This document shows positions 44,449 through 55,519 of a stretch of DNA of 64,000 nt, piece after piece; position 1 is the stretch's first letter; each line of letters starts with the position of its first letter. Made by a program: the position numbers and the translations under genes. Source of the DNA: Mayamaea pseudoterrestris. Taxonomy: Eukaryota. The notes under the pieces are model-generated. The model ran no database searches, was not told the origin of the DNA, and saw only the letters and a program-made list of their open reading frames with translations. The stretch lies in assembly GCA_027923505.1 (NCBI GenBank), contig BROI01000007.1, forward strand, positions 682,001 to 746,000, in the 5' to 3' direction.

Positions 44449-45978
44449 ATGGCAGCTTGGAGTAGGAGGTCAACGACAAACAGAGTCTCTCTATTCTTTG
44501 TAGTTGCCATTGGCATCCTTGTTATCGTTGCGAATGTTCTACAAGAAACCGAAAAGGTTCGCCGAAATGACGTCCTTCATTCGTTGCATTCCAAATTCAA
44601 CACTGAACCAGCCAGCCATGTTCCGTCAGAGCTAATACAACTCGGAGTCTATTCAAATCGAGATTTCGCCGAGACAAAGAGTCGCCGTGCTCCTCCCTTT
44701 TGGAACTGCATCGGAAACCGTAGTGATGCTGCTGCCTGCAACCAGCAAGCCAATGTCTGGGGACCTTGCTATGCACCCACTCGGCAAACTGACTGGCAGA
44801 ACGAAGTTGAATTTTCGCGAGCAAACAACCATACAGCAATGTATCATGACAAGCTAACTAGTTATGGCAAGAGTGACATTGACAATCTATCCGACTACTG
44901 CAAACCTGGCTTTCTCATCATTGGCGCCGGCAAATGCGGAACGTCGTCGCTCTACCACTACATTACGTCGCATCCTCGCGTGTTACCTGCTTTGGAGAAG
45001 CAGATCCACTACTTCAAGTACTACTACGAGTATCCCTTCAAGTGGTATTTGCGACACTTTTCCACAGCGACCAACTTTTTGGCAAACGGCGCACTCTTGA
45101 CGGGGGAAGCCTCGCCTGGATACTTGCCGTATCCAGATGTTGTCAACCGCGTTCGACAAGCTTTACCAGGTGCTCGCATCATTGTCATTGGTCGCAATCC
45201 GCTCGAGCGAGCGTACAGTAGCTATCGATACAACTACGTGGAGCCTACAGTGGAGGAGATGTACAAGGGGCGGGTGCCCCATGTTCGTGCCGGCCGCAAT
45301 AAATTCTACTATGAGGAATTTCTCTTTTCGTTTCAAGACTTGGTGGAAGCGGAACTAGATGAACTGCGCAAGTGCATGAACGTTTCGACTGGTGCCGCGG
45401 TTGTGAATGCGCGTAGTCACTGGAGTCGGTACGCATGGGTCCGCGAGGAAGTAACACGACGTGAACAAAGTGGTTTGCCGCCAATGGTGGATTTGGATGG
45501 ATCCTGCTACGGCAAGGCCGTAAACAGTACCGTGCCAAGAGAACAATGGATTGCGCTAACGGCCAAGTATCCAAATAAGGTCATGACAATACGAAACTTG
45601 CATTTGAAACAAGCCTTGATTGGTCGGAGCCTGTATTTTGCGCCGCTGGAATGGTGGTACGCTGGGATACAAGCAACCGATATATACTTCTTGTGCACCG
45701 AAGAGCTGCGTGACCTTTCGGGCGCTCCATTGGAAAAATTGGGGCGCTTTCTTGGGTTGCCCTTTTACAATTTTTCAAGTGCCTTGCAGGAGGGTGCGTT
45801 CAACGTTGGAGGGCACCGCGGCTACGACGAGGAGGTTTCTTGGCAAGAGGTATCAAGCGAAGCAGCCAGACTGCAAGATATTCCATTGTCTGAAGACATT
45901 CGTCGAGAGGTGCTTAGTTTTGTGCAGCCATACAATGAACGATTGTTCAAGCTTGTTGGTCGGCGGTGCGATTGGTGA
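44449..45978 (+). CDS. Type II membrane sulfotransferase (heparan-sulfate 3-O-sulfotransferase-like fold)
   Basis: N-terminal TM anchor, 5'-PSB loop IIGAGKCGTSSL, K..HYF, GEASPGYL, 3'-PB motif RNPLERAYS, and C-terminal F..PYNERL..L. Confidence 0.88.
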   Translation: MAAWSRRSTTNRVSLFFVVAIGILVIVANVLQETEKVRRNDVLHSLHSKFNTEPASHVPSELIQLGVYSNRDFAETKSRRAPPFWNCIGNRSDAAACNQQANVWGPCYAPTRQTDWQNEVEFSRANNHTAMYHDKLTSYGKSDIDNLSDYCKPGFLIIGAGKCGTSSLYHYITSHPRVLPALEKQIHYFKYYYEYPFKWYLRHFSTATNFLANGALLTGEASPGYLPYPDVVNRVRQALPGARIIVIGRNPLERAYSSYRYNYVEPTVEEMYKGRVPHVRAGRNKFYYEEFLFSFQDLVEAELDELRKCMNVSTGAAVVNARSHWSRYAWVREEVTRREQSGLPPMVDLDGSCYGKAVNSTVPREQWIALTAKYPNKVMTIRNLHLKQALIGRSLYFAPLEWWYAGIQATDIYFLCTEELRDLSGAPLEKLGRFLGLPFYNFSSALQEGAFNVGGHRGYDEEVSWQEVSSEAARLQDIPLSEDIRREVLSFVQPYNERLFKLVGRRCDW

Positions 45979-46028
45979 ATACGATCTTTAACACATAATT
46001 TAAAAGCCGTAACTTTGTTCAAGTATAA

Positions 46029-47048
46029 TTATATCAACTGCTGCATTAACTCCTTGGCCCGTCCCTCCGCCATGCGCACGGCCAGTGCCAACATGGTTGG
46101 ATCAATTGCCTTCAGTGACGCCAAGTCGCACTGCAAGATACGATTCGTTCGAGCGTCCAACACAATGGTCAATTGTCCCACACAACCGTGCTGCAATTCA
46201 ATCCGCGTTGGATCAACAATCCATTCCATTGTAGTGTCATCCTCCGATTTGGATGTCCAAAGACCAAGCGTCAATGGAATCGCAACGACTGGCAGCTGTA
46301 TCCTTCGTTGTATCTTTGCATTGGTGTCAACTGGCTTGGCATATACAATGCCAGACTGCTTGCTACTGCTCTTGGCATCCATCGTCGACGTTGTTTCCGG
46401 CAAGATTGTATCTTGACATGCCGCAAGGGCAGCTAGGAGGCAGCAGTCTTTGAGGTTTCCAGCCGCTTCATTCAATATTTGTAATCCGATTTGAAACGAA
46501 AATGCATGCGTTGGAGAAATGATAAGTTGCTGCAAATCCAATGTTTCCTGTAGAGTCCGCTCCAACCATGATTGCAGGTTGGTATAGTCGGCTTGCGTTG
46601 ACGATGCTGACGATACCGTCACATTCACGTCACCTCCTCCATTCGGAACGATAATGCGTCCAACCTGCAAGACTATTCCAGCAACGACGACGCGCGTCGC
46701 ATTGAGTGACACCATTGCGGATCCGTTCGTCGTTTTGCGTAACACAGCCTTGGTCAATGAGAGTGACCGACACTGCGAAAGCAAGCGACCGTCGGGTCGC
46801 GTTTGGCGCGTCCAATATGACTCGAGAGTGAGCTGAATAACCAAGGAGATCGAGAGTAATTGATATGTGAGCTTCATCCCAGAGACGTGCTCCTTCTGTT
46901 TTGGAGACACACTACGGAACGAATACAAGCTTACCTTTTTACTCAGCAAGACATTCATTTGCTTGGTAACTTCCTTCCACTGCACAAGGTCATTGCTATT
47001 CTGTAGCTTTGGATCAGCATCAGCATTTGTCATAGTTACGTCTGCCAT
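46029..47048 (-). CDS. Exosome complex RNase PH-like subunit (Rrp43/Rrp42/Rrp45 type), probable 102-nt intron at 46934-46833
   Basis: TRPDGR...R, GSAMVSL..TRVV.GI, LDLQQL.I, ILNEAAGNLKDCC...D..LP, IVDPT..E. Probable intron AAG|GTAAGC...TTCAG|CTC. Confidence 0.8.
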   Translation of the reverse strand: MADVTMTNADADPKLQNSNDLVQWKEVTKQMNVLLSKKVSLYSFRSVSPKQKEHVSGMKLTYQLLSISLVIQLTLESYWTRQTRPDGRLLSQCRSLSLTKAVLRKTTNGSAMVSLNATRVVVAGIVLQVGRIIVPNGGGDVNVTVSSASSTQADYTNLQSWLERTLQETLDLQQLIISPTHAFSFQIGLQILNEAAGNLKDCCLLAALAACQDTILPETTSTMDAKSSSKQSGIVYAKPVDTNAKIQRRIQLPVVAIPLTLGLWTSKSEDDTTMEWIVDPTRIELQHGCVGQLTIVLDARTNRILQCDLASLKAIDPTMLALAVRMAEGRAKELMQQLI

Positions 47049-47262
47049 GTTTACCTACTCAAACGGTGCGAAATCTTATCCAAATATTATGATCTGTTTT
47101 GCCACGGTCGAATTTGAATGGCGTGTCAGAGGTTGCGCTGCGACATCCGTAAACCGCTACGACTTTTCTTTGACAGCCAACCGATTCTTCGTTTTCGCCT
47201 TGGTTTTGCTCGCCATTTTTCTCGCTCCCACAAACACTAGAGCGACTCATGCTTACACGAGA

Positions 47263-49428
47263 ATGTTCAAAATCTCAAGTCATTCTTCAATATTACTGCG
47301 CCGATCACTCTGCCTTGCCGTTTTTAGCCGACAGTTTACTCAGTCACTCTCCTTTGCGGCGAGCCGATTTAACAAACCAGCCTTTTCCTCTTTTGTAAAA
47401 AGTCCATACTCGTTCCGACGTTCCTTGACATCTGCAGCAGCTGCTCCTGCTACTATTGAAGCTGAGCAAACTATGAAAGACGAAACCGCCATGCCGCCTG
47501 CAGAAACCTACCCTCGCTTTGCCAACGTGGCCGGTCTCCACCCAAACCTCAAGTCGGCTCTCGAGAAAATGGAGCTTGTCACCATGACGGAGATTCAAGC
47601 CAAGACCTTTGAAGCAGCATCTGCCAATCAGGATGTTTTGGGACGAGCCCGAACAGGAACAGGCAAGACTGTCGCCTTTCTCCTACCTGCGTTGCAGCAA
47701 CTACTGGAGCATCCGCAGCAAATGATGGAAGCAAACCAAGTTTCCATTTTGATTCTTTCGCCGACGCGTGAACTGGCCGCTCAAATTTCGGAACAAGCCC
47801 GCCTGTTGCTTCAAACGAGTAGCAGCAGCAAACCAATCATTACGCAGCAAGTCATTGTTGGCGGCACCAACAAGCCAAAGGACGTTTCCGCCTTTGAGCG
47901 ACGCATTCCCACCATTCTCGTGGCCACGCCGGGCCGACTCTGCGACCACTTGCAGACGACGACTGTGCGCGGGCAGCCATTCTCCAAGGCGGTGAGCAAG
48001 ACGAAGATTCTGGTATTGGATGAAACTGATCGGTACGTCTATGTGAGAATTGTTTGATTGACTGATGTTCAATTTTTTTTTTGTTAATCACTCCAACCCT
48101 TTTGATCCTTTTCCTCCACCAGACTCTTGGACATGGGTTTTCGTCGCGAGATTGAAAAGATCATTTCCTACCTTGGACCCCCGCAGCAGCGTCAAACACT
48201 ATTGTTTAGTGCCACTATTCCACCAGAGGTTCGAAACGTCATGGCCAAGACGATGAAAAAGTCGTTCGTTTCCGTCGACTGCATTCACGATCACGACGCA
48301 AGCTCACATACCAATGCGCAGGTGCAGCAGTCGCATGTTATTGTACCGGCCTTTTCGCGATTAGTGACTGGAACGATTGAAATCTTGACGAGCATTATTG
48401 ATCGCGAAAAGGGAGACTTGAAAATGGTAGTGTTTTTTCCTACGGCCAACTTGGTTGCCTTTTACGCCAAACTCTTCAACGAATCTCTTCGCGTACCAGT
48501 GCAGGAGCTTCACTCGCGCAAGTCGCAGAGCTTTCGAACCAAGACGGCTGACAACTTTCGTGAGGCGGAGAATGCCGTTTTGTTTACGAGCGACGTTTCG
48601 GCCAGAGGAGTCGACTATCCGGGAGTGACTCATGTGGTGCAGTTTGGCATTGCCGATTCAAGAGAGTCGTACATTCATCGATTGGGACGAACGGGCCGAG
48701 CGGGCAAGGTTGGTGAAGGCGTGCTGGTGTTGACTGATCTTGAACAAATGTTTATGCAATCGCTGGAAGGTTTGGATATCCCGGTCAACCAAGAGATGCA
48801 GAATATGGTGGATGGTTCTCCGTCGCCGCAAATGATGAGTAAAGTTGATCCTATTCTGTCGTCGATTCGCTCGGGGCGTGACGATGGTATGACACAAAGT
48901 GTGAGATCAGCTTACCAGTCCATGCTTGGCTTTTACAACGGCAAGCTTGCCAAACTTGGAGTACGTGGCAATGATGCCCTCGTTGATTTCGTCAACTCGT
49001 TCGCCTTTCAAGCTGGTTTGAGTGAAATCCCGGAGCTGGAATTGCGAACGGTGAAGAAGATGGGTTTGGCAGGAGCAAAGGGACTAAACGTTGTCAAGTC
49101 GCTGACTGTCAATCGCGGTGGTGGTGGCGGCGGCGGCGGCGGTCGAGGCGCCGGTGGAAGCGGCCGTGGATCTGGTGGAGGTGGAAATGGCCGCGGATCC
49201 GGAGGGCAAAGAGGTGGATCTGGAGCTCAAATGCAGGCCCGCGGCGGCGGAGGCAACGGTGGTCGAGGACGCCCGGAAGGAACTGCACGTGACGGATCAG
49301 CCCCACAAAAGCGAAGGAGCACGACTGCCGGTCGAGGAGCATCCAGCGACACAAAGAAGGCCAGACCGGAAGGTGCGAACGGAAGAGGTTCTGCGGGCAA
49401 CAGAAACCGTCGCCCTAATAACGACTAA
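47263..49428 (+). CDS. Organellar DEAD-box RNA helicase (Mss116/RH25-26-31-like) with RGG tail, 2 exons
   Basis: Exons 47263-48032 and 48123-49428. Q motif MTEIQ, ARTGTGKT, SPTRELA, TPGRL, DETD, FSAT, DVSARGVD, HRLGRTGRAG. Organellar presequence and Gly/Arg-rich C-terminus. Confidence 0.92.
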
Positions 49429-49723
49429 ATCATTTTGTCAGTCACTAACGATTGAACGACGTCTTAATTTGGCATAATTAACGACAAGATTTTTGTATTC
49501 TTTTGCATAAAGGTTAATAGAAAGCTCGATAGATGATGTTAAAAGTCTAACGGAAATTTTGGTTTTACAGCAAGCGAAGCGAATGTCTTGCATGCTCTGT
49601 TCACAAGTTAAAGTGCGGCCCTGGATAGGAAGATGGCGTCGTCAAGGTGACACCGTGGTTCATGTCGCCTTAGGGGCGCTGTGTCGTCTGCGATGGGTAA
49701 AAAGCCGAAGTATAATTTCATCG

Positions 49724-51484
49724 TCAACCAACCTTGGCATTCTCATTCTGCGTCAATGTCGTGCTGGCTTCAATCGGTTTCGGATCACGAAAGTTTGACT
49801 CTTTCCGTATTGACAAGTAGGCAACGACGACACAGACAAAGCAAAAGTCAAAGGCTGCCGAGTATAGAAATGTCTTGACCGTTCCCATGCGGTGCTGCAG
49901 CTTGCCTCCAATTATGGCTCCCAGCGACTGGCCCAGTCCACCGTACATGGCGTTCAAAAACATGAGCATGGTCGCATGCAATCCCGGCGGAGAGATGGCA
50001 TGCGCGTAAATGGTTCCAGTCGACCAAAATGCGGCAAACGTGATTCCTCGCAGTGCTTCGGCAACCAAACCATGATATGGGTTGCGCATAAAGGCGTAAA
50101 TGAGAAACCGTGTGACGTAACTCATGAGTGATAACACAATCACCCGATCCGCTCCCAGCGCCTGCGTCAAGGAACCGGAAAACCAAAACATGGGCGCTCC
50201 AGCCAAGGAGCTAATGAGCCGACTCAAACCAAGGTCCTTGCCAGAGAAACCAACTTCGCGCATGCGAATGTAGGCAAAATTCTCAACAACCCCGCTCGAA
50301 ACGCCAACAACTAATACGAGAAAGAAGAATAAAAGCGCGTCCGCATTCTGTAGCAGCAGCATGATACCTTCGGACATTTTGGTGTTTGCCTTGCTGCCGT
50401 CCTTGTGACTGACAACCGTTTGGTTGTTGCGCTCCGCCGCTTGCTTCTTATCGTCCAAACGACGAAACGCTTGAATGCACATCCACGTTGGCACGCTCAG
50501 TGCCGCATGCGCCAGAAAGAGTAGCTTAAACCCCGTCAAACTAGTCCAAAACTTGTCGGCCAAAACAATGGCCATGCGCACAAAGTCGGGGTACAAACGA
50601 ATGCGGTCTTCAAAGGCTTGCGAATAGACGTGCTCACCCTTTGGCCAAGCAACGTGCTTGGATCGATGCAGCAAGAATCCCACGAGCGAGCTCCCCAAAC
50701 CAAAGCCAATCTGACCATACAGCCTCAGCCGTCCATACGTGGCCTTGTCGTTGAGATGCGACATGGCTAACGAATCCAGCAAACTCTTGACGGGCGCGTT
50801 GAAGAGTGCCGTCAAAAATACCATGACGCTCAAGTAAACGGCATCGCCGTGACAAGCCACGAGCAACTGTCCCAACAGACTCACGCCAAAGGCCACCTTG
50901 AGAATGCCAAACGGATTCTGCGACTGATCCGCAAGAAAGCCCCACATGGGTGCCACCAGAAACGTTGTGAGTGGCTTGACGGCGCCCAGCAGTCCAATGA
51001 TTTGGCCGCCGTGACCAAGCGAATGATAGTAAACTGGTAGATAGGGCAGCAAGCTACCGAGTGAACCGTAATAGGAAAGAAATAGTAGACGAATCAACCA
51101 AAGTATGCGAGGGTCTTCTTTCGTGGGTGTAGTTGCGATTAATGGATCATTCGTAGCAGTTGTCGTTGTCGTTTTGTCGAGAGGTGCTGCTGAATCTGCA
51201 GCACCAAATGATGTTGTCACTGATTCATGTGTAACGGCAGGAGCCGTTCCAGCTGCAGCCAACGTCGATGCTGCACCCCCTCGTACCCTCAAGAGTCGTG
51301 CATATCTATGTAACGTCAAGCCGCTTTTTCGGAACGTCATGCTGCTCGTATTAGTAGCATGGACGAGTCGTACGTTGCTCGGATCTGCTGCCAATGCGAG
51401 CAGTAGCAAAAGCCACGTTTTCCATCGACTTCCTTCACAAGATAACTTCATATGACTAGCTGAGCAAACGAGAGAATGATCCAA
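49724..51484 (-). CDS. MFS transporter (MFSD6 / MFS_1_like) with signal-peptide-like leader
   Basis: PYLPVYY..LG..G..IGLL, APMWGFLAD, YGRLRLYGQIGFGLG, EALRGITFA, MYGGLGQSLG.IIGG. Twelve-TM pattern. The start may be M12 (51451). Confidence 0.85.
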   Translation of the reverse strand: MDHSLVCSASHMKLSCEGSRWKTWLLLLLALAADPSNVRLVHATNTSSMTFRKSGLTLHRYARLLRVRGGAASTLAAAGTAPAVTHESVTTSFGAADSAAPLDKTTTTTATNDPLIATTPTKEDPRILWLIRLLFLSYYGSLGSLLPYLPVYYHSLGHGGQIIGLLGAVKPLTTFLVAPMWGFLADQSQNPFGILKVAFGVSLLGQLLVACHGDAVYLSVMVFLTALFNAPVKSLLDSLAMSHLNDKATYGRLRLYGQIGFGLGSSLVGFLLHRSKHVAWPKGEHVYSQAFEDRIRLYPDFVRMAIVLADKFWTSLTGFKLLFLAHAALSVPTWMCIQAFRRLDDKKQAAERNNQTVVSHKDGSKANTKMSEGIMLLLQNADALLFFFLVLVVGVSSGVVENFAYIRMREVGFSGKDLGLSRLISSLAGAPMFWFSGSLTQALGADRVIVLSLMSYVTRFLIYAFMRNPYHGLVAEALRGITFAAFWSTGTIYAHAISPPGLHATMLMFLNAMYGGLGQSLGAIIGGKLQHRMGTVKTFLYSAAFDFCFVCVVVAYLSIRKESNFRDPKPIEASTTLTQNENAKVG

Positions 51485-51807
51485 TGGTTCCTATCGAAGT
51501 CGAACGGAGTCTCTCATCATGGTGGATACATGGACCACTTGGTCGATCGAGGGACAGTTGACCGACGAGTGGCATCGTCGGTTGAGAAACGAAAACGTCG
51601 GAGCGGTTGTGGTATCATGCGGCACTCAAAAGACATTTTCCTCGTATGAAGCAATGGCGTCACGCTTGTCACACGAGGCGCGCCGCGACAAACCTGACCA
51701 AGATCTTTCGGCGGAACATTCAGCAGCAGTAGTCTTGCTGCAACCTTTCCATTCATCAGGTGCTCTTGTACAGCTTGGCCCCTTCTACTACAACTTTTAG
51801 CTTGACT

Positions 51808-53433
51808 ATGGCAGCCTTGACCTTGCCGACCCGCGCCACGTATGAGGTGCACGAGCACGTCAAAGTGGATACGACTGGTAAGCGTGTTTGGACTTGCTTT
51901 ATTCGACGGTCTTGCATCAAGTTGACTGCATTTTCACACTGTCATATTCCAAATTACTTGCTAGACAATGAGGACCATACGTTTTGCGGAATATTATTTC
52001 CAATCCGATGCAAGAATCTCCTGCCGATTGAGCACATTATCATCAAGAGCGTCGCCGTGCGCGGTGATTTAGGCCTTCTCTCCGTCTACGTTTCCAATGA
52101 ACGACACCACGACGAACGACAAAGAGCAAACAACAATAACAATAACAATGAACACACCTTTCGCTTGACGCCTCGCCACTGGACCAAGATTTACGAACGC
52201 AGCCACGAGTCATCCTCTCGCGAGTACCAAGTCTTGACCTTTGACGTTCCAGTCATGCTCAAGCCCGGCCAGGTGCGAGCACTCTACGTGCACAGCCAGG
52301 CCCAAGGTGACTCCGGCATTGTTTACGACAACTCCAATCATCAAGTCGGTCACCATGTGCCGCGTCACGATGACAACATGCTGACCATATACTCGGGCAA
52401 GGCTCATTTATCGCCTGTTCCGTTTGGACAAAATCCGATTTGTAAGTAACTTGTGTGCATTTGAGTTGTTTGATATGGCGAATCTACGTTTTACAAAGGA
52501 TGCTCATCAATTTCTCTCTCTCTATTTATATTAATAGGGGGCTGGGGCAATGCCTGGCGCGACCACCGCGAGTTTGTTGGAACCTTGGAGTACGCCACGC
52601 GCTACAAGCTTTGGACGCCGCATGTTCACGACTTGCAGGGTCCCACCTTTCGAAACGCCGTCACTGCCATGATTTCCTGCCAGCGGCGGTTTGAAAGTCC
52701 AGTCTCGTTACTGCCTGATGAGTGTTTGTATTATATTATGAACATGTGTCGGTGGGATTGGTTTGGTGATGCACCGACTGGAATGAGAGTGAGACGACGT
52801 TTGAGACGTGACCGCGAGTTGGAGGCGGAGCGAGTGCGGCGCGAGCTGGAGGAAGCGGAAGCTGCAGGTGCAGCTGTTTCCATGGAACAAGAGCATGACG
52901 GTGGTGTTGCTGCTGCTAGTCCTGCCTCAAACGCAGCTAACGATGCAATCGACATTGAGAATGGATGCTGCCGCCGACGCGCATCATCTGCGTCGTCGAG
53001 CGATGAGAGTTTTCACGACGCAGAGGAAGCGGAGCAGGATGTTGATTCGGACTTGGAGGTGGATAGTGATGTGTTTCTGGACGAGGAAATGGATGTAGAT
53101 GATGATGACGAAGAAGACGACGACGAAGATGAGGATGATGACGATGATGATGATGAAGAGGCGGAAGAGGTTGACGACGATGACGACGACGACTCTGCTA
53201 CATCGGACGAAAGCGACTGGGAACGCGCTCATGGTTATAGGGCGGACAATCGAGTGCTTCGCGTCCGAGCAGCTGATTCCGACGACGAGGGCAATGATGA
53301 AGCTGTAGCAGCTGCCGAAACGGAAGCCAATACAAGGCAGGCTTGGTTTCACCGCAATTTGCATCGCATTCATGTTTTGCGCGCCATGGTGGGTGACGTT
53401 GCTGAGGACGGAGATGCAGACATGGACGCATGA
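51808..53433 (+). CDS. Hypothetical protein with beta-rich N-terminal domain, C-terminal F-box-like motif and acidic tail, 3 exons
   Basis: Exons 51808-51877, 51965-52441 and 52538-53433 (GTAAG donors, TAG acceptors, frame conserved). Motif WTPHVH...FR.AV...LLPDECLYYIMNMC and a poly-D/E tract. Confidence 0.75.
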
Positions 53434-53717
53434 GTATATCTTTATGGCTTAAATCTTTTAGTTTTATAGAGTAGCGTAATACATAGTTATGGCTAATAAA
53501 GACTGCAGCTTGGTAGCACATTTCGATTTCCTACATGTACCGGACGTTGAGCAATAGCTAAAGCAACACGAAACGGATGTCGCACGTGGATTTTAGTCAC
53601 GCTTTGGCCCGTCACGAGCGAAGTCGCGCGACCATGGCGAATTGATCTTGGAATCTTTGTCTTCCGTCTTCCATCACCATCTTCCTTTCTCGCTACACGT
53701 GTAACAAATACATCGAC

Positions 53718-55108
53718 ATGCCCCATTCTCCCGAAGATTACCACGAGGTTTCTACTGTAACCCTTCCAACCTTTCTGGCTGGCCACGAAGATGCGAGCGA
53801 CGTTATGGAAGCACTCGGCGCAACGGACGCTTCCGAGATTGAAGCAGTGGAAATGGGCGACGGCAATTTGAACCTTGTATTTATCGTTTCCAACAAGAAC
53901 AATCCAGACAAAAAGGTGATTGTCAAGCAGGCTCTCCCATATGTTCGCTGCGTCGGCGAGTCGTGGCCCATGACGCTGGAGCGAGCGTACTTTGAGTACA
54001 AGGCACTGACTGCCTTTAAAAAGGCTTGCGCTAACCATGTTCCAAAAGTGTACTACTTTTCGCGCATTAACGCGCTCATGGCCATGCAGTACATTCCGCC
54101 TCCGAATATTATTTTGCGTAAGGGTTTGATCCAAAAGATTCGCTATCCAACCATGGCGTCGGATATTGGAGTGTTTTGCGGCAAGACATTGTTTCAGGGA
54201 AGTGGATTCAAGTTGCAGCCCAAGCAGCTGCGAGAGCAGGTGGAGTTTTGGAGCAAAAACTCGGAAATGTGCGCTCTCACTGAGCAAGGTAGGTGGTACA
54301 AGTAGTTGTCTCGCTCGCTTGTGTGCAAAGGCGTAGCCATGACAAAAATTGTCATCTCAACCTGTTCACTCTATTATTGTCTGCAGTAATCTTTACGGAG
54401 CCATACATTGAAGCTTCCAACAATCGCTGGACGTCCCCGCAGCTTGACGACGACAAGAAGGAGCTTGAGAACGACCAAACGCTTCGCCTCGCCGTGGCCA
54501 AGCTCAAGAACAAGTTTGTGACAGAGACGCAAACGCTGCTGCATGGCGATATTCATACGGGGTCGGTCATGTGCTCGCCAGAGCCCAGCCAAACCTTTGT
54601 CATCGACCCCGAGTTTGCCTTTTACGGACCATTGGCCTTTGACACTGGCTTTTTTATCGCCAATTTGTTGCTTAATTACGTTTCGCAACCGGGACATGCG
54701 AATGACGGTGACGACGACGACACATATTCTGATTGGATCTTGGAGCAAGTGAAAGTATTTTGGCAAGCCTTTGCTGCCACCTTTGTCGTGCAGTGGAACG
54801 ATGTGTCGCAGCACACTGGCTACCGGTACCAGCGAACCATGTTCCCGTCCACAAACGATCACAAGGTGGCACAGAAAGAGTGGATGGCAAACACACTGTC
54901 CGACTCGGTTGCTTTTGCTGGCTGCGAAATGATTCGTCGAATTGTGGGGATTGCACATGTGGAAGACTTGGATAGCATTGCAGATGCAGACGTTCGGGCC
55001 AAGTGCGAGCGTCATGGACTGGAGATTGCCAAAGTGTTGATCAAGGAACAAGGACGGTTCTCCAAGATTGAGGAGGTGATTGAGGTTGCGAAAGGCTGCC
55101 AGCTTTAG
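53718..55108 (+). CDS. mtnK: 5-methylthioribose kinase (methionine salvage), 2 exons
   Basis: Exons 53718-54288 and 54387-55108. Motifs EMGDGNLNLVF, VKQALPYVRCVGESWP, N.EMCALTEQVIFTEPY, LLHGDIHTGSVM, IDPEFAFYGP, EMIRRIVGIAHVED. Confidence 0.95.
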
Positions 55109-55519
55109 GTTGCTGTGTTCTTGTACTTGCATGAATGCTCGAACCGATAAGAACCGATACGCTATTGATGATAGTTCACTGTCAATTGCAGAGAGTATGT
55201 AAGAATGCATTCATTGAAAGTGTTTGTACGACGAATGATAGCTTATAATTGTTGCTTGCTATCGGTGACACTACGGTAGAGAAAGAGCAAATTAGCTACT
55301 CCATGGAATAGCTCGAACTGGCTGCGGCGAGAAACTCATGCTGCACAATTGATCTTAAGCGTGTATGAATACATATCAATCCATAGTACAAATACAGCTG
55401 CCGATGACCCTTGATGTTTCGGAAAATCCCAAGCCCTCGAAGTCCATCGATTTGCCTCATAACTTCTCATTCGCAGGAGCAGACTTGATGTCTTTTCTCT
55501 CTTGCTAACATCTAAAGAC

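Noticed and set aside
49114..49270. G-rich GGC/GGT repeats (possible G-quadruplex)
   Set aside because: They are explained by the RGG/Gly-rich coding tail of the helicase.
49640..49672. Small hairpin aaggtgaca...tgtcgcctt in the helicase/MFS intergenic region
   Set aside because: The stem is short with no tRNA, snoRNA or snRNA hallmarks. It is not distinguishable from chance.
53090..53190. GAT/GAC trinucleotide-rich tract
   Set aside because: It encodes the poly-Asp/Glu tail of the 51808-53433 protein and is not an independent satellite.
53493..55210. Long antisense ORFs (e.g. 53493-54287, 54374-55210; also 6003-6953, 8635-9402, 43442-44125)
   Set aside because: These are shadow or alternative frames of well-supported genes, with no independent motifs.
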